Assembly: GCA_950097015.1 (NCBI GenBank)
Contig: CATNEN010000039.1
Location: 3,348,001 to 3,412,000, forward strand
DNA from: Macrostomum hystrix
Lineage: Eukaryota; Animalia; Platyhelminthes
DNA: 64,000 nucleotides
Direction: 5' to 3'
The notes under the pieces are model-generated. The model made no database searches, was not told where the DNA came from, and saw nothing but the letters and a program-made list of their open reading frames with translations. Below, in pieces: positions 1 through 13,600 of the stretch. Numbering within the stretch: the first letter of the stretch is position 1; the number at the start of each line of letters is the position of its first letter. The position numbers were made by a program, and so were the translations under genes.

Positions 1-2715
1 GCCTACACTCGCGCCATCCATGAGTTTAAGGGCCGGGTCAGAAGGGCAAAAGCGGACAAGTGGCGACAATACTGCGAAGGGCTTGAGGGCTCGCGGCCCA
101 CGGCCCGCGTGGTAAAGGCGCTCACCAACGACCGCTTCTCCAAGCTCTCATCGATCACAAAGCCAGACGGCTCGATCACGGAGCGCCCGGAGGAAACGCT
201 CGAGCTTATGCTAGGGCATTTCTTCCCGAGTGTACCGGCGCACTTTGGCCCAGACGACCACTCACGTGGAGGTCAGGGCCTGGCTCAGTCACTCGTCACG
301 AATGACCGCATCGTTCGCGCGGCAAAGTCATTCAACCCTTTCAAAGCACCTGGGCCAGATGGTATTTATCCGGCCTTTTTGCATGAAGCGGTCAAAAATG
401 GCCGCTTCCTCCATCTCCTCTGCAGACTTCTACGGGCCTGCATCGTGCTGGGCTATGTACCAGCGCTGTGGCACGAAGCCCGGGTCGTCTTCATCCCGAA
501 GCCCGCCAAAGGCGACTATCGCTCGGTCAAGTCCTATCGCCCGATAAGTTTGACTTCCACCTGCCTCAAGCTCATGGAAAGACTGGTGCTCTGGCGCCTT
601 CTTACTGTAGAGCTAGGGCGGGCCCCGCTCTCCCCAAACCAGCACGCCTTTCGGGCGGGCCGGTCCACGGAGAGCGCCCTCCACTGCATCGTGGAGACTC
701 TCGAGAAGGCAGTGCTGGGCAGCGGTTTTGCCCTGGCTGTCTTCCTAGACATTGAGGGGGCCTTCGATAACGTTGTTTTCGAAGCTTTTGAGGAGGCCCT
801 GGTCTCCAGGGCCACTCACCCCCACCTCGTTCGCTGGGTCATGTACATGATCCGGCATCGCCACGTGGTGGCCCACCTCGAAGGAAGGCTGCTCTCGGCA
901 CCTGTCCTAAAAGGAGGGCCCCAAGGCGGCGTCCTCACCCCACTGCTGTGGAATCTCGTCATGGATGAGCTGCTGAAAAGCACTCGTCCAGACCCAGTCC
1001 TGAAGGTGGGATATGCCGACGATGTGACCGCCATCTGCGCGGGCCCCTCGGCGGAAACCACCAGAGACCTCATCCAGGGCTTTATCAACAGGGCGGTGCG
1101 CTGGGCGGACCAATGCGGGCTCCGACTCTCTGAGTCCAAGACCGTTGCGGTTATGTTTACCAGCAAACTGCTCTGGACCATTAAGCCTCTGACTCTCTAT
1201 GGCAAGAATATTGCCATGGAAAAGCAGGTCCGGTGCCTTGGTCTCGTGCTAGACCATAGGCTTAACTGGACCCCACACATCACCACAAAGGCCAAGAGGG
1301 CCCTGGCCATACTGGCGCAAGTCAGGCGTGCCGTGGGCACCACTTGGGGGCTAACCCCCAAGAACCTTTGGTGGATTTACACGGCGATCATTAGACCGTC
1401 CGTCGCTTACGCTGGCCTCATCTGGGCCAGCGCCATGGGCATCCAGAAAAACCTGGAGGCGCTTTATAGGGTGCAGGGCAGAGCCTGTCGTATGACGCTG
1501 GGCGCCCCACCCTCCACTCCCTTCGAAGGCATGAATGCTTTCCTCAACGCTACACCCATTGACATTTTCGTCAAGGGGGAAGCAGCAAAGTCCACCCGTC
1601 GTCTTCTTGATGCGGGTGTCTCCTTCCAGAATTCGCGAGCCTTCTCGAAGCGCTCCCTTCTGCCTCACTCTGACCTCTGCCTGAAAACTCTGGGCGAGTG
1701 CGGAGGGCTCACCATCCTTTCGGACGGGGCCCCGGCCACTTTACTCCGGAGCCACAGGTACAAAGTCAGCATCTCCCCTCGTAATGAGGTAAAGGACTGC
1801 TGGGATGACCCGGCAGTCCACTGTTACACTGACGGCTCTCTGATGAACGGTAAATCGGGATTCGGAGTGTGCGTCGCCTCGGGTGGTGAGGTCCTCTGGA
1901 CCCACTCCCAATACTGTGGCAAGAGCTCTAGCGTTTTCCAAAACGAAGTGCTCGCCATCAGCTTCTGTGCGGCTGAGCTGCGCCAGAGGCAGCTGGCTGG
2001 TCGGAGGATCTTTTTTCACTCCGACAGTCAAGCAGCCCTCAAGGCCCTCAGCCGCTGCACCTCTCGCTCCAGAACCACCTTGGACTGCAACACCCAGTTA
2101 AACGGGTTGGCGCAGTCTAACAAGGTGGAGCTGCTGTGGATCCCTGGGCATGCCGGGTTCACAGGGAATGAGATGGCGGACCAGCTTGCTAAGGCTGGAG
2201 CAGCCAGCTCCCTGATGGGCCCGGGCCCGGAGTCCCCGATCCCCATCTCAGTTGTCAACTCCAGCATCAACTGCTGGATGGAGACCCAGCACCGGAGGAG
2301 GTGGTCCAGCACCCTGAACTGTCGCCAGTCCAGGGCTGCGGTGCCAACCCCCTCTAGTAACCTGCGTAAGGCCTTACTCAGGCTTAACCGCAGAGACCTA
2401 AGAGCAGTCACTATGGCTCTTTCGGGACATGGCTGCTTCACCAGACACCGCTACCTTCAAGGCCACGTGCCTGAGGAAACGTGTCCCTTCTGCTGCTCCG
2501 GACGCGAAAATGCAGAGCATTTCATCTGCCACTGCCCGGCCTTCACCCGGGCCAGGCTAAAACATCTCGGGCCGGCACCGACTCTCGCCGAAGCCTGCTC
2601 GCCCGAGAACATCCCACAGCTCGCCCACTTCCTCCGGGATACCGGCCGAGCTGATTTCTTCCCAGCCTATGGCGAGGAAGATCGCGCGGCGGAATCGACC
2701 GACGGACCACCCTGA
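1..2715 (+). CDS. LINE ORF2 (reverse transcriptase, RNase H, C-terminal zinc knuckle), 5'-partial
   Basis: Frame is open from base 1 ([10 protein letters not shown]...). RT motifs: [51 protein letters not shown]. RNase H motifs: [35 protein letters not shown]. Zinc knuckle: CPFC...H...C. Confidence 0.95.
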   Translation, partial: AYTRAIHEFKGRVRRAKADKWRQYCEGLEGSRPTARVVKALTNDRFSKLSSITKPDGSITERPEETLELMLGHFFPSVPAHFGPDDHSRGGQGLAQSLVTNDRIVRAAKSFNPFKAPGPDGIYPAFLHEAVKNGRFLHLLCRLLRACIVLGYVPALWHEARVVFIPKPAKGDYRSVKSYRPISLTSTCLKLMERLVLWRLLTVELGRAPLSPNQHAFRAGRSTESALHCIVETLEKAVLGSGFALAVFLDIEGAFDNVVFEAFEEALVSRATHPHLVRWVMYMIRHRHVVAHLEGRLLSAPVLKGGPQGGVLTPLLWNLVMDELLKSTRPDPVLKVGYADDVTAICAGPSAETTRDLIQGFINRAVRWADQCGLRLSESKTVAVMFTSKLLWTIKPLTLYGKNIAMEKQVRCLGLVLDHRLNWTPHITTKAKRALAILAQVRRAVGTTWGLTPKNLWWIYTAIIRPSVAYAGLIWASAMGIQKNLEALYRVQGRACRMTLGAPPSTPFEGMNAFLNATPIDIFVKGEAAKSTRRLLDAGVSFQNSRAFSKRSLLPHSDLCLKTLGECGGLTILSDGAPATLLRSHRYKVSISPRNEVKDCWDDPAVHCYTDGSLMNGKSGFGVCVASGGEVLWTHSQYCGKSSSVFQNEVLAISFCAAELRQRQLAGRRIFFHSDSQAALKALSRCTSRSRTTLDCNTQLNGLAQSNKVELLWIPGHAGFTGNEMADQLAKAGAASSLMGPGPESPIPISVVNSSINCWMETQHRRRWSSTLNCRQSRAAVPTPSSNLRKALLRLNRRDLRAVTMALSGHGCFTRHRYLQGHVPEETCPFCCSGRENAEHFICHCPAFTRARLKHLGPAPTLAEACSPENIPQLAHFLRDTGRADFFPAYGEEDRAAESTDGPP

Positions 2716-2830
2716 GCGGCACCGCCTCGCTGGAGGCTGTCTGGCTGCCAGGGGTTAGCGATATGGGCGGCATCTGCCGCCTCCTCGCTGCGTCCGTCAT
2801 GGAGGCTCCCTGCCGCTAAGTCAAGTAAGT
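1..2830 (+). mobile_element. Non-LTR retrotransposon (LINE) copy 1, LOA/Lian-like (I group, RNase H-bearing); 5' part lies outside the window
   Basis: Contains an RT + RNase H + CCHC ORF, followed by a ~115-nt GC-rich 3' UTR ending in a short repeat tail (taagtcaagtaagt, ~2817-2830). There is no poly(A). Near-identical to 61303-64000. Confidence 0.93.
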
Positions 2831-2964
2831 TCCGATGTATCAATCAAGTTGGTTTTTTTAATAAAAATTCTATCCTTCGGTTCAAACCTAGTACACCATG
2901 ACTTTTCCTTGCTTACTGGCAGCAACCCATCAATTGTGCGTTGTTCCCGCGCAACTCAACTCAC

Positions 2965-3592
2965 GCTACGTCCATCACGGCAGAGTTGTTCCGCACTTCT
3001 GCTGGCACAGTCACTGTCCGGTGCGACTCCTGACTGTGCTTCGACCGCAGTCGGCTGTGCCACGCCGCTAACAGCCGGAACGGCCGCCGACGTCGCCGAT
3101 GAGCAGTGTTTACAGCGGCGTCTGCATTCAGCATGGTGGAGTTCGCATGGTTTGATCTGCTGCCCGATTGGCTTTCTGGCGGCGTTGACTCTCCGGCCGG
3201 GTGCCGACGCCGCTCATGCTGGCCGTTAGCGGCTGCGTCGCAAGATTCTTGGGACAACGAATGCGACGTAGACGAGCCGGCAGTCGCTGCTGCGGTTGAA
3301 ACTTCCTGACCGTCAGTCGGAATCGAAGTCTCCTCTTCAGCTCCTGTACGTTTAAAGCATGGGCTTCTCATCATGCTAAGCTTTATTAACGTTGTAAGTC
3401 CTTTACCTTTATTTACATTTACGCGCCTTTGAATTAACACATTCGATGTGAAGTTTCTAAGAGCTGAAATACAAATACTTTGCGTCGTCTATAACACTTG
3501 AATCGACCACCATATTTAGGTTTTTGACGCTTGTCAGACAAATGACCTTGCGTCACCCTGCATCTCTCACCGTAGAGCTCTCGGCTTCTCAT
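2965..3592 (-). CDS. Possible 5' exons of an unidentified host gene (low-complexity N-terminus)
   Basis: ATG at 3592 (MRSRELY) with a phase-1 donor G|gtgaga after 3571. Acceptor cag|GA at 3343 continues in frame (GAEEETSIP...MDV) to a donor gtgagt after 2965. No recognisable domain. Confidence 0.35.
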
Positions 3593-4974
3593 CGCGCATA
3601 GAGATGGAGGGGCAGAGGCCAGTCTGGCTTTTCGTCTCTGTTTTGTTTTTCTTCTCTAAAATGGCCGAGCATGCACACGGCGAGCATGCACGAGCAGTCA
3701 CTGAGTGGTCACTTTCATGCAGAATTTCTCAATGACAAAGCGCGACTACTATAATATAGTATTGAAATTTTTATTAACTAAATGTACTTTAACTGCACTG
3801 ATTGCTAAAGCTGTTTTGGCAGCTCAATTTTCTGCATAAAAGTGCAACAATAAAATACAGGCTTTAGATCAGTTCGAGAGCACTTACGAGCAGATGCGGG
3901 TTGTCCTGATGTACAAGAAAGAATCCAACAGTGCCACCACAGTCCAGTTGATGTCCCAGACATTTCAATGCCTTGATTCAAAATAGAGGCCACTCGACCA
4001 CAAAGAAAACTCGGTAGAGGATCTGGTACAGAATATCTGGTCTAGTTATCTTGTACAGCGCGGAAGTCGTGAGAACGTGCTCTTGGCAGGAAAGTGTCAC
4101 GTGCACTTATTAGACTGGCAAGTTTGGCATGGAGTGCTTCACTACTCGGTGGAATTGTCGAACGCTGCGCTTCTGTTCAAAGAGCAACAACTGCAACCAT
4201 TTTTTCCTTTATAAACCATCTAGACTTGCGAATGCTAAGCAGCAACCTCAGAATCTGCGAACATGACCTCGCGCAATGGTACTGGGAGGGACCAGAACAA
4301 ATGAAGTAAGGAGAGAATTAGTGACAGAAAAATATAGAGAGTAAAGCAACAGAGAAAATCCGACATTTTTAGCCTGGCTGTGCTAAACACTTGTAAGTGT
4401 TTGCGAGGCTCGCTTGTTGTTCTGCTAGCTGACTGCATTCGGGTAGCTCGGGTTCTTCCAGGCGAACAAGGCCGCCCTCCGCTTCCATCGGCTCATATTC
4501 AGAGCGCTGGTAATTTGAGAGGGACTGCAGCTGCAATGGTCGCATTGCTTTTCTTATGGAAGGCAGCAATGCATGCATGGAACCATGAGACGACGCATGG
4601 TTGGAACCCCGGGTGCAGTTGCCGGCTTTTCCACCCTCATTTGATTTCATGGAATGAGGCCAGAAGCATTGTGTACCCAAACTGTGGCAGCAGTGGCATG
4701 CAGTCCAGGCACCGTTAGCAACATATTTGTATATTTCATGTAGGGTGGTATTGAATAGCATGAGGAGGAAATGCTGGGTTCTTATCGATATCAACACTCA
4801 ATTTTGTCGATCCGAGGTGCGCTTCATGGGGTGCGCAGAACTTTCTATTTTAGCTCGTACGATAATTGATTCCCTGTCAGGTATAGTTATTGCTGTGATA
4901 GCACACGTTTCCCACCTTGAGCTAACATGCCTCTGATGTTCTTGGTAACTTTGGGTGTGAATGAGGGCCAGGAT

Positions 4975-5370
4975 CCAAGGGACCAAGGGGTAGAGACCAA
5001 GGGGAAGAGACCAAGCGTAAGAGATCAAGTGGTAGAGACCAAGCGGAAGAGCCCAAGGGGTAGAGACCTATGGGAAGAGACCAAAGGGGAAGAGACCAAG
5101 GGGTAGAGACCAAGCGGAAGAGACCAAAGGGGAAGAGACCAAGGGGTAGAGACCAAGCGGAAGAGACCAAACATAAGGGATGAAGGGGGAAGAGACTAAG
5201 AGGAGGAGAGCAGAACAGCAGAACAAAGCTAGCAGAACAAAGGGGAAGAGACCAAGGGGTAGAGACCAAGCGGAAGAGACCAAAGGGGAAGAGACCAAGG
5301 GGTAGAGACCAAGCGGAAGAGACCAAACATAAGGGATGAAGGGGGAAGAGACTAAGAGGAGGAGAGCAAG
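4975..5370. repeat. Purine-rich composite tandem repeat (gagaccaagggg(t/a)a core) with a larger duplicated block
   Basis: Repeated gagaccaaggggta / gagaccaagcggaa units seen directly. Confidence 0.85.
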
Positions 5371-6918
5371 GGAAAAGGTTGCGAAAAAGAACCTGCTAGG
5401 CAAAGCTGCCACTGTTAGGAGCACTGTTCGAGCTCCGACAGCTGTATTCAATTGTGCGTGATGAGCTTAAAGTAAGTTGGTGGAAGTTATGTAGATTACG
5501 TAGCTCTGTATTATATATGAAATTGCATGTTGTGACGGCCACTCTCTACAGCGCCCTGCGTGGCGCTAGGGCGGCTACCCAACCCCAGTTTTGACTATCA
5601 CCTACGCTGGGCCGGTGTAGTGTGCACAGGGCTTAACCTCATTTATAAGCGCCGGCCAATAAATCTCGATCTTTTAATGCGCTGCACATTGCCTGTTCTC
5701 CATCAATCGCAAATAAAATTTAGGTGGTTGCGATCGCCAGAATTTCCTATATTTAAGTTAATTGTGCTGCCGAAGCTCATGAAACTATGCGTGAAACAAA
5801 GAAAGTACAGTTAAGTTTTGTGCATATGCAGCACGTTCTATTCACTCAAGCCGAGGCTCGAAAGCTATACTACAATTGACAAGCATAACATTTATCGACC
5901 GAAACAAAACAAAAATATATATATATACAGCTGCCCATACTCATTCATAACTTAAGAAATCAAGCAGCCTTAACTTTTTTTGCAAATAAGCCATTTCTTC
6001 GAGTTTTTAAGGTTTTTTCAAGCGTGTTTAACTGTGTATAACAAAAGAACTGTTGCGAACGTATATTGATTTAGTGATTAGAGTTAGAAAGCTAATAAAT
6101 ATTATAAATTTTATTTTATCGTCCTAAAATCATATTTCTACGCATGTGCCAGAAGTAAATAATGACACCACTAAATCGTTCAATTTTTTCGATCAACGTT
6201 TTGCAATTTTTAGTAATTATTGATTCATTGTTATTAAATAACTTTTTGAACTAAAGGGATTTGATCTGTTTATATATATTTGTTGAACATTTGCATATCG
6301 GGTTTTTGGCTGCTTTAGTCAAAGTAACACTTATCGAAAGAAGTAGGCCTAAAAATCATAGAAATCTTTTTCTTATCTTACAGTATACTTTAATAAGTAC
6401 AGTTCAGTAGAAAGCTTATTCTTAACATTATTCTTAAGTATAGCGAAGTTTTTAAGTTAAGTAGCTAATATACTAATATACTATATATATCTATATTATA
6501 GTAGGTCAGCTCTCATTAAATCATTTTTAGTTTCAACCCACATGTTTCTTTGCAGATCACTGCCAGGCCTTGTATTTAGTTATTTGCTTAGGACATGACA
6601 TTTATTATACATTTTCGTTACTAACATAAACAAATAATGTACATATGTTTTGTGCAAAGTGCAAATCTATGTTGTCTAGGCAAGTAATGACACTGACTCA
6701 AGCAAGATTTGAGTCCTATCAAATACACATCCTATTAGTATTAAGTTAGACTCAGAAGAGTGTTACTTTTAAAATTAATGCATTTAAACTTTTAATTTTA
6801 GCATATTTTTTTCATAAGTATCATTTCATTTTGATTGATGGCATACATATTTTACTTTTATATTTTCTTTTTTTGCTTGATCTAGTGCTATGCCTCACAA
6901 AGTTACAGACAACACAAA

Positions 6919-8789
6919 ATGTGGATATTTGGCTATGGTTCACTAGTGTGGAAAGCTGACTTTCCATATGAGGAGAAACTATTTGGCTATGTAGTTGACC
7001 ATGGACGCAGGTTTTGGCAGTCCAGTCCTGACCATCGAGGAATGCCAGAGTTAGTAAGTTTTGTGGCTTAAATTCTGCTGTCTTTGTAATTTGACTTATT
7101 TTTTTATTATTTCAAATGGAGTAGAGCTATTCCAACACTACTGAAATGTTAATGATAAAGCTGTCATTCAGTACAGCTTCATCCATCATACCACCTTGAT
7201 GTCATTCAGTACAGCTTCATCCATCATACCACCTTGATGTCATTCAGTACAGTTTCATCCATCATACCACCTTGGTGTCATTCAGTACAGCTTCATCCAT
7301 CATACCACCTTGGTGTCATTTAGTATAGCTTCATCCATCATACCACCTTGATGTCATTCAGTACAGCTTCATCCATCATACCACCTTGATGTCATTCAGT
7401 ACAGCTTCATCCATCATACCACCTTGATGTCATTCAGTACAGCTTCATCCATCATACCACCTTGGTGTCATTCAGTATAGCTTCATCCATCATACCACCT
7501 TGGTGTCATTCAGTACAGCTTCATCCATCATACCACCTTGGTGTCATTCAGTACAGCTTCATCCATCATACCACCTTGATGTCATTCAGTACAGCTTCAT
7601 CCATCATACCACCTTGGTGTCATTCAGTACAGCTTCATCCATCATACCACCTTGATGTCATTCAGTACAGCTTCATCCATCATACCACCTTGGTGTCATT
7701 CAGTACAGCTTCATCCATCATACCACCTTGGTGTCATTCAGTACAGCTTCATCCATCATACCACCTTGGTGTCATTCAGTACAGCTTCATCCATCATACC
7801 ACCTTGGTGTCATTCAGTACAGCTTCATCCATCATACCACCTTGATGTCATTCAGTACAGCTTCATCCATCATACCACCTTGATGTCATTCAGTACAGCT
7901 TCATCCATCATACCACCTTGATGTCATTCAGTACAGCTTCATCCATCATACCACCTTGATGTCATTCAGTACAGCTTCATCCATCATACCACCTTGATGT
8001 CATTCAGTACAGCTTCATCCATCATACCACCTTGGTGTCATTCAGTACAGCTTCATCCATCATACCCCCTTGATGTCATTCAGTACAGTTTCATCCATCA
8101 TACCACCTTGGTGTCATTCAGTACAGCTTCATCCATCATACCACCTTGATGTCATTCAGTACAGCTTCATCCATCATACCACCTTGATGTCATTCAGTAC
8201 AGCTTCATCCATCATACCACCTTGATGTCATTCAGTACAGCTTCATCCATCATACCACCTTGGTGTCATTCAGCTCCGCACAGAACCCGCTGCCTTCTTC
8301 TCTCACAATGTCCCTCAACCCGGTTCATCTCGCCAGCCGGGCCGCACGGTGACTCTGGTGCCCAGCCCCGGCGAGCGAGTCTGGGGCGCCGCCTATCGCC
8401 TCGCCGCCGACGAGGTCGCTCGAGTTCGCAGCCACTTGGACGAACGTGAGAAGGCCGGCTACGCCCTGTTGCCGATCCAGTTCTACCCGGCGAATTCTCC
8501 AAGCCAGCCTCTTTCTGCTCACGTGTATGTCAACAGCGGCGAGCAACACTTCCTGGGGCCGCAGACTGTAAGCAGCATTGCTCAACGCGTGGCTATCGCA
8601 GCCGGTACGAGCGGGCCCAATGTTGACTATGTGATGCGGCTTGCCAAGGCCATGCGAGACATTGCCGCCCCGGACTCCCTGGATCCTCACTTGGCCGAGG
8701 TTGAGGCGGCTGTCCTTGCCGAGTGCGGCAAACTCCCTTCCGGGTCCAGCGGCAACGGCCAGCTGCCCGCTGATGACGACTCGTGCTAG
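6919..8789 (+). CDS. CHAC2: Glutathione-specific gamma-glutamylcyclotransferase (ChaC family, CHAC2-like), 195 aa
   Basis: Exons 6919-7053 ([12 protein letters not shown]...[16 protein letters not shown]|gtaagt) and 8337-8789 (cag|PGRTVTL...LDEREKAGY...GTSGPNVDY). Phase-0 join. Hallmark ChaC motifs present; CHAC1 vs CHAC2 assignment is tentative. Confidence 0.92.
7163..8273. repeat. 38-bp minisatellite, ~29 copies, in the ChaC intron
   Basis: Unit gtcattcagtacagcttcatccatcataccaccttg(a/g)t. Confidence 0.95.
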
Positions 8790-9075
8790 TGAAATGCTTG
8801 AGTGCTGCAACCAGTGCAAATGAGATCTTGGGGAATCCCCCGATTGTTTCAACTAGTGCAAATGAAATCTTGGGGAATCCCCGGATTGTATCATTCAGTG
8901 CAACTGAAATCTTGGGGAATCCCCGGATTGTATCATTCAGTGCAACTGAAATCTTGGGGAATCCCCGGATTGTATCAACCAGTGCAACTGAAATCTTGGG
9001 GAATCCCCGGATTGTATCAACTAGTGCAACTGAAATCTTGGGGAATCCCTGAGTGTTTCTACTAGTGCAACTGAA
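8790..9075. repeat. 39-bp minisatellite, ~6 copies, immediately after the ChaC stop codon
   Basis: Core agtgcaactgaaatcttggggaatccccggattgtatca plus a short variable linker. Confidence 0.9.
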
Positions 9076-9559
9076 GAAATTTTTTTTCAAACAGCACAAC
9101 TGAGAAGCTCAGGGTAGGCCTATTAATTTTTTACAGCCCAACCATGTTAGTTGCTGTATAGAGTTTTTTAAAATCCATATGTAACTTTGTTTTTCGACTG
9201 CACTGATAGTTTACAGCACTTGTATTAGCAAATAATATTTGTTCACAAAATAGTCTTTCTCTTCTGACACTGAGCTTATTATCAGTGCTTGCCGTGTGCT
9301 TCTTTGAAAGAATTCTTTTGAATTAGCTACTTTTGTTTAAATATAATAAAATAATTGTTTGAATGTACAAATATTGAAATTCATATGATTTGCTATTGTC
9401 AATTTTTTCTGTCTCATTTTCTCCGCATTTCCATACGTTGTCCAATTTAGGTTTTATCAGTTTTGCGATGGCTCGAGTTTTACGTTACTGTTAGAACGTA
9501 AGTTAAAGGGGAAAGGTGTTTCGGTCTCGGGAAAATTTGGGTAATTTACAAAACTTGGG

Positions 9560-10416
9560 AAATTCGGATAAGTTCAAAGGTTCGGCTTTTTCTGTACTGT
9601 GGATATTCGGTTAATTTGAAAGGCTCGGGTTTTTCGGTACTGTGGAAATTCGGTTAATTTGAAAGGCTCGGGTTTTTCAGTACTGTGGAAATTCGGTTAA
9701 TTTGAAAGGCTCGGGTTTTTGGTACTGTGGAAATTTCGGTTAATTTGAAAGGCTCGGGTTTTTCAGTACTGTGGAAATTCGGTTAATTTGAAAGGCTCGG
9801 GTTTTTCAGTACTGTGGAAATTCGGTTAATTTGAAAGGCTCGGGTTTTCAGTACTGTGGAAATTCGGTTAATTTGAAAGGCTCGGGTTTTTGGTACTGTG
9901 GAAATTCGGTTAATTTGAAAGGCTCGGGTTTTTCGGTACTGTGGAAATTCGGTTAATTTGAAAGGCTCGGGTTTTTGGTACTGTGGAAATTTGGGTAATT
10001 TGAAAGGCTCGGGTTTTTGGTACTGTGGAAATTCGGTTAATTTGAAAGGCTCGGGTTTTTGGTACTGTGGAAATTCGGTTAATTTGAAAGGCTCGGGTTT
10101 TCAGTACTGTGGAAATTCGGTTAATTTGAAAGGCTCGGGTTTTCAGTACTGTGGAAATTCGGTTAATTTGAAAGGCTCGGGTTTTTCAGTACTGTGGAAA
10201 TTCGGTTAATTTGAAAGGCTCGGGTTTTTGGTACTGTGGAAATTCGGTTAATTTGAAAGGCTCGGGTTTTTCAGTACTGTGGAAATTCGGTTAATTTGAA
10301 AGGCTCGGGTTTTTCGGTACTGTGGAAATTCGGTTAATTTGAAAGGCTCGGTTTTTACGGTACTGTGGAAATTCGGTTAATTTGAAAGGCTCGGGTTTTT
10401 CGGTACTGTGGAAATT
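9560..10416. repeat. 42-43-bp minisatellite, ~20 copies, intergenic
   Basis: Unit gaaattcggttaatttgaaaggctcgggttttt(c)(a/g)gtactgtg. Confidence 0.95.
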
Positions 10417-10650
10417 TCTTGAAGTGTAAAGCGCCAGCAGCCCACCCCGAGTGTCAAGTCCAATGCTCATTGGTTGCAAGTGATCCATATAATTGTTAGA
10501 CTTTTGGAATCAAAGTGATAATGAATTCGTTTAAAAAGATTTCAGCGTACAGTCAAAGCTATTGTGTCCTCAAGATAAAGTTTCATAAGGCAAGTAGTTG
10601 AATTGAATCAACCGATAGCGACGTGAAAGGGCGATTTTTTTCAACTTTGC

Positions 10651-13600
10651 ATGGCAACCAGCAAAGCAGAGACTGCGGATGAAGTTGCAGTTGAAGGTGA
10701 TGGCGCTTCCACGGGCTGTGCAATTCGGTGAGTGAAAATCGCACCTTTCTGCTCACAATCCATAATTAACACCTGAGCTGCATCGACATCCACACCTGAG
10801 TAGAGTTGCTTTGCCGCACTTTAATACGTGGGGGAGTGAAATATTTCATATTTCAACACATTTACATTTGTTGTGGCCTTCTTATCGAGCGCGCAGCAGG
10901 GCCAACAGCAGATTGCAAAGTTCAAATGCATTTTAGGTTTGTTTTCTTATTAGGCAAGTTCGCACTAAGAAATTCTTATCTGGTTTTCAGCAAATAAGCT
11001 GTCTGGTCTAAGCCACTTAGAATCAGCGCATGTGATTGCTTCTGCGCTCTTCAAATATGCTCAGGAAATTACCGACATCTTCCTTTGTTTGTTTTGTATT
11101 GATGCTCAACTAAACTTATAACCTGCAGACTAATAAACATCAAAATTTATGATAATTTATTCTATGAAATCTTTACTACTTGTAAACACATTGCGAGTCT
11201 GCAGTGTGTGTGTGTGTGTTGGATGGGATCCTCACGCTTGACTGTCATCCCAGATCCTCATGCTTGACTGTCATCCCAGATCCTCATGCTTGACTGTCAT
11301 CCCAGATCCTCATGCTTCGCTGTCCTCCCAGATCCTCATGCTTGACTGTCATCCCAGATCCTCATGCTTCGCTGTCCTCCCAGATCCTCATGCTTCGCTG
11401 TCCTCCCAGATCCTCATGCTTGACTGTCATCCCAGATCCTCATGCTTGACTGTCATCCCAGATCCTCATGCTTCGCTGTCCTCCCAGATCCTCATGCTTC
11501 GCTGTCCTCCCAGATCCTCATGCTTGACTGTCATCCCAGATCCTCATGCTTCGCTGTCCTCCCAGATCCTCATGCTTGACTGTCATCCCAGATCCTCATG
11601 CTTCGCTGTCCTCCCAGATCCTCATGCTTCGCTGTCATCCTAGATCCTCATGCTTCGCTTTCATCCCAGATCATCAGGCTTGACTGTCTTCCTCCCAGAT
11701 CCTCATGCTTCGCTGTCATCCCAAATCCAACCCAACTGTATTTCAGGACTCAACTCCCGGTGGAGATGAAGGCCCGGGCCCATTTCAGCATCTGGGAGTT
11801 CATGAAGAACTGCATTGGCAAGGAGCTGACTAAGATCACTATGCCAATCAGCTTTAATGAGCCGTTGTCGTTTGTTCAACGAGTGACTGAGTACCTGGAA
11901 TATTCGGACCTGCTTTTCAAGGCTGCCAGGTTGGACGACCCGGTGCAGAGGCTCGAGGTAAGCGGGAGTGGAACTGGGCGAAACAACATACACTGTTTAA
12001 AATCAAATAAAGGCTTATTTTTTTCTCCTGTGCTCGCCATCGCAGTACATTGCCGCTCTGGTGGTGTCCGGCGCATCCTCCAATTGGGACCGGTTCACTA
12101 AGCCGTTTAATCCGCTGCAGGGCGAGACCTACGAGCTGGACAGGCAAGCTGAATAGATTGTTGTTGATATATTCTAACTACCGTAGATCCTGCGGTACGG
12201 GCATAACAAATTAGCATAGTTTAAGTAAGGCCCTTGTAATGTTCTCCAAAAAACAAATGAATTTTGATTTCACTGCAGAAGCCGCGATCTGGGCTTTCGC
12301 CTCGTCTGCGAACAGGTGTCGCACCACCCACCAACCAGCGCCTACCATGCTGAGGCAGTCGACGGCAGCTGGCAATTCCACGGCAGCGTGACTCCGAAGC
12401 TCAGCTTCTGGGGCAAAACTGTCGACGTGGCGCCAAAGGGTTGCGTCACGATTGAATTTCCCAAACGCGAGGAAGTGTACACCTATCAGAATGTGCCGTG
12501 CAAGGTTCACAACATTCTATTTGGCAAACTGTGGGTGGAGCATGTGAGTTTTTGTGTTTTTCCATTGCATTTTTTCTGTTAATGTCATATTTAATTGACA
12601 CTGATCTCTTGCAGAGCGGCGATGTACTAATAACCAATCACCGAACTAAGCACCGCTGCGAACTGAAGTGGCATCAGTCGTCCTGGTTCAGCTCCGATTA
12701 TCACCGCGTAACCGGCTGCATCTACGATGGCAACGGACGGAAGCGGAAGGCGCTCTACGGCAAGTGGGTCGATTCCTTCTACAGGTAAGGCGCTGCTGCA
12801 GAATCGTGATAGGGTGATGTGATTTGGCCAGTGACAGGTGTGATTTGGCCAGTGACAGGTGTGATTCGGCTAGTGACAGGTGTGATTTGGCTAGTGACAG
12901 GTGTGATTTGGCTAGTGACAGGTGTGATTTGGCTAGTGACATGCGTGATTTGGCTAGTGACAGGTGTGATTTGGCTAGTAACAGGTGTGATTTGGCTAGT
13001 GACAGGTGTGATTTGGCTAGTGACAGGTGTGATTTAGCCAGTGACATGTGTGATTTGGCCAGTGACATGCGTGATTTGGCTAGTGACATGCGTGATTTGG
13101 CTAGTGACAGGTGTGATTTGGCTAGTGACATGCGTGATTTGGCTAGTGACAGGTGTAATTTGGCTAGTGACAGGTGTGATTTGGCTAGTGACAGGTGTGA
13201 TTTGGCTAGTGACAGGTATGATTTGGCTAGTGACAGGTGTGATTTGGCCAGTGACAGGTGTGATTTGGCTAGTAACAGGTGTGATTTGGCTAGTGACAGG
13301 TGTGATTTGGCTAGTGACAGGTGTGATTCGGCTAGTGACAGGTGTGATTTGGCTAGTGACAGGTGTGATTTGGCTAGTGACAGGTGTGATTTGGCTAGTG
13401 ACATGCGTGATTTGGCTAGTGACAGGTGTGATTTGGCTAGTAACAGGTGTGATTTGGCTAGTGACAGGTGTGATTTGGCTAGTGACAGGTGTGATTTGGC
13501 TAGTGACAGGTATGATTTGGCTAGTGACAGGTGTGATTTGGCTAGTGACAGGTGTGATTTGGCTAGTAACAGGTGTGATTTGGCTAGTGACAGGTGTGAT

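Noticed and set aside
1-2715. Bacterial RT system (retron, group II intron, DGR)
   Set aside because: The APE remnant (seen in copy 2), eukaryotic-type RNase H, CCHC knuckle, 5' truncation and intronic insertion all identify a LINE.
5540-5630. GC-rich hairpin/TAGTG as a Helitron or CACTA terminus
   Set aside because: No matching opposite end or TSD was found.
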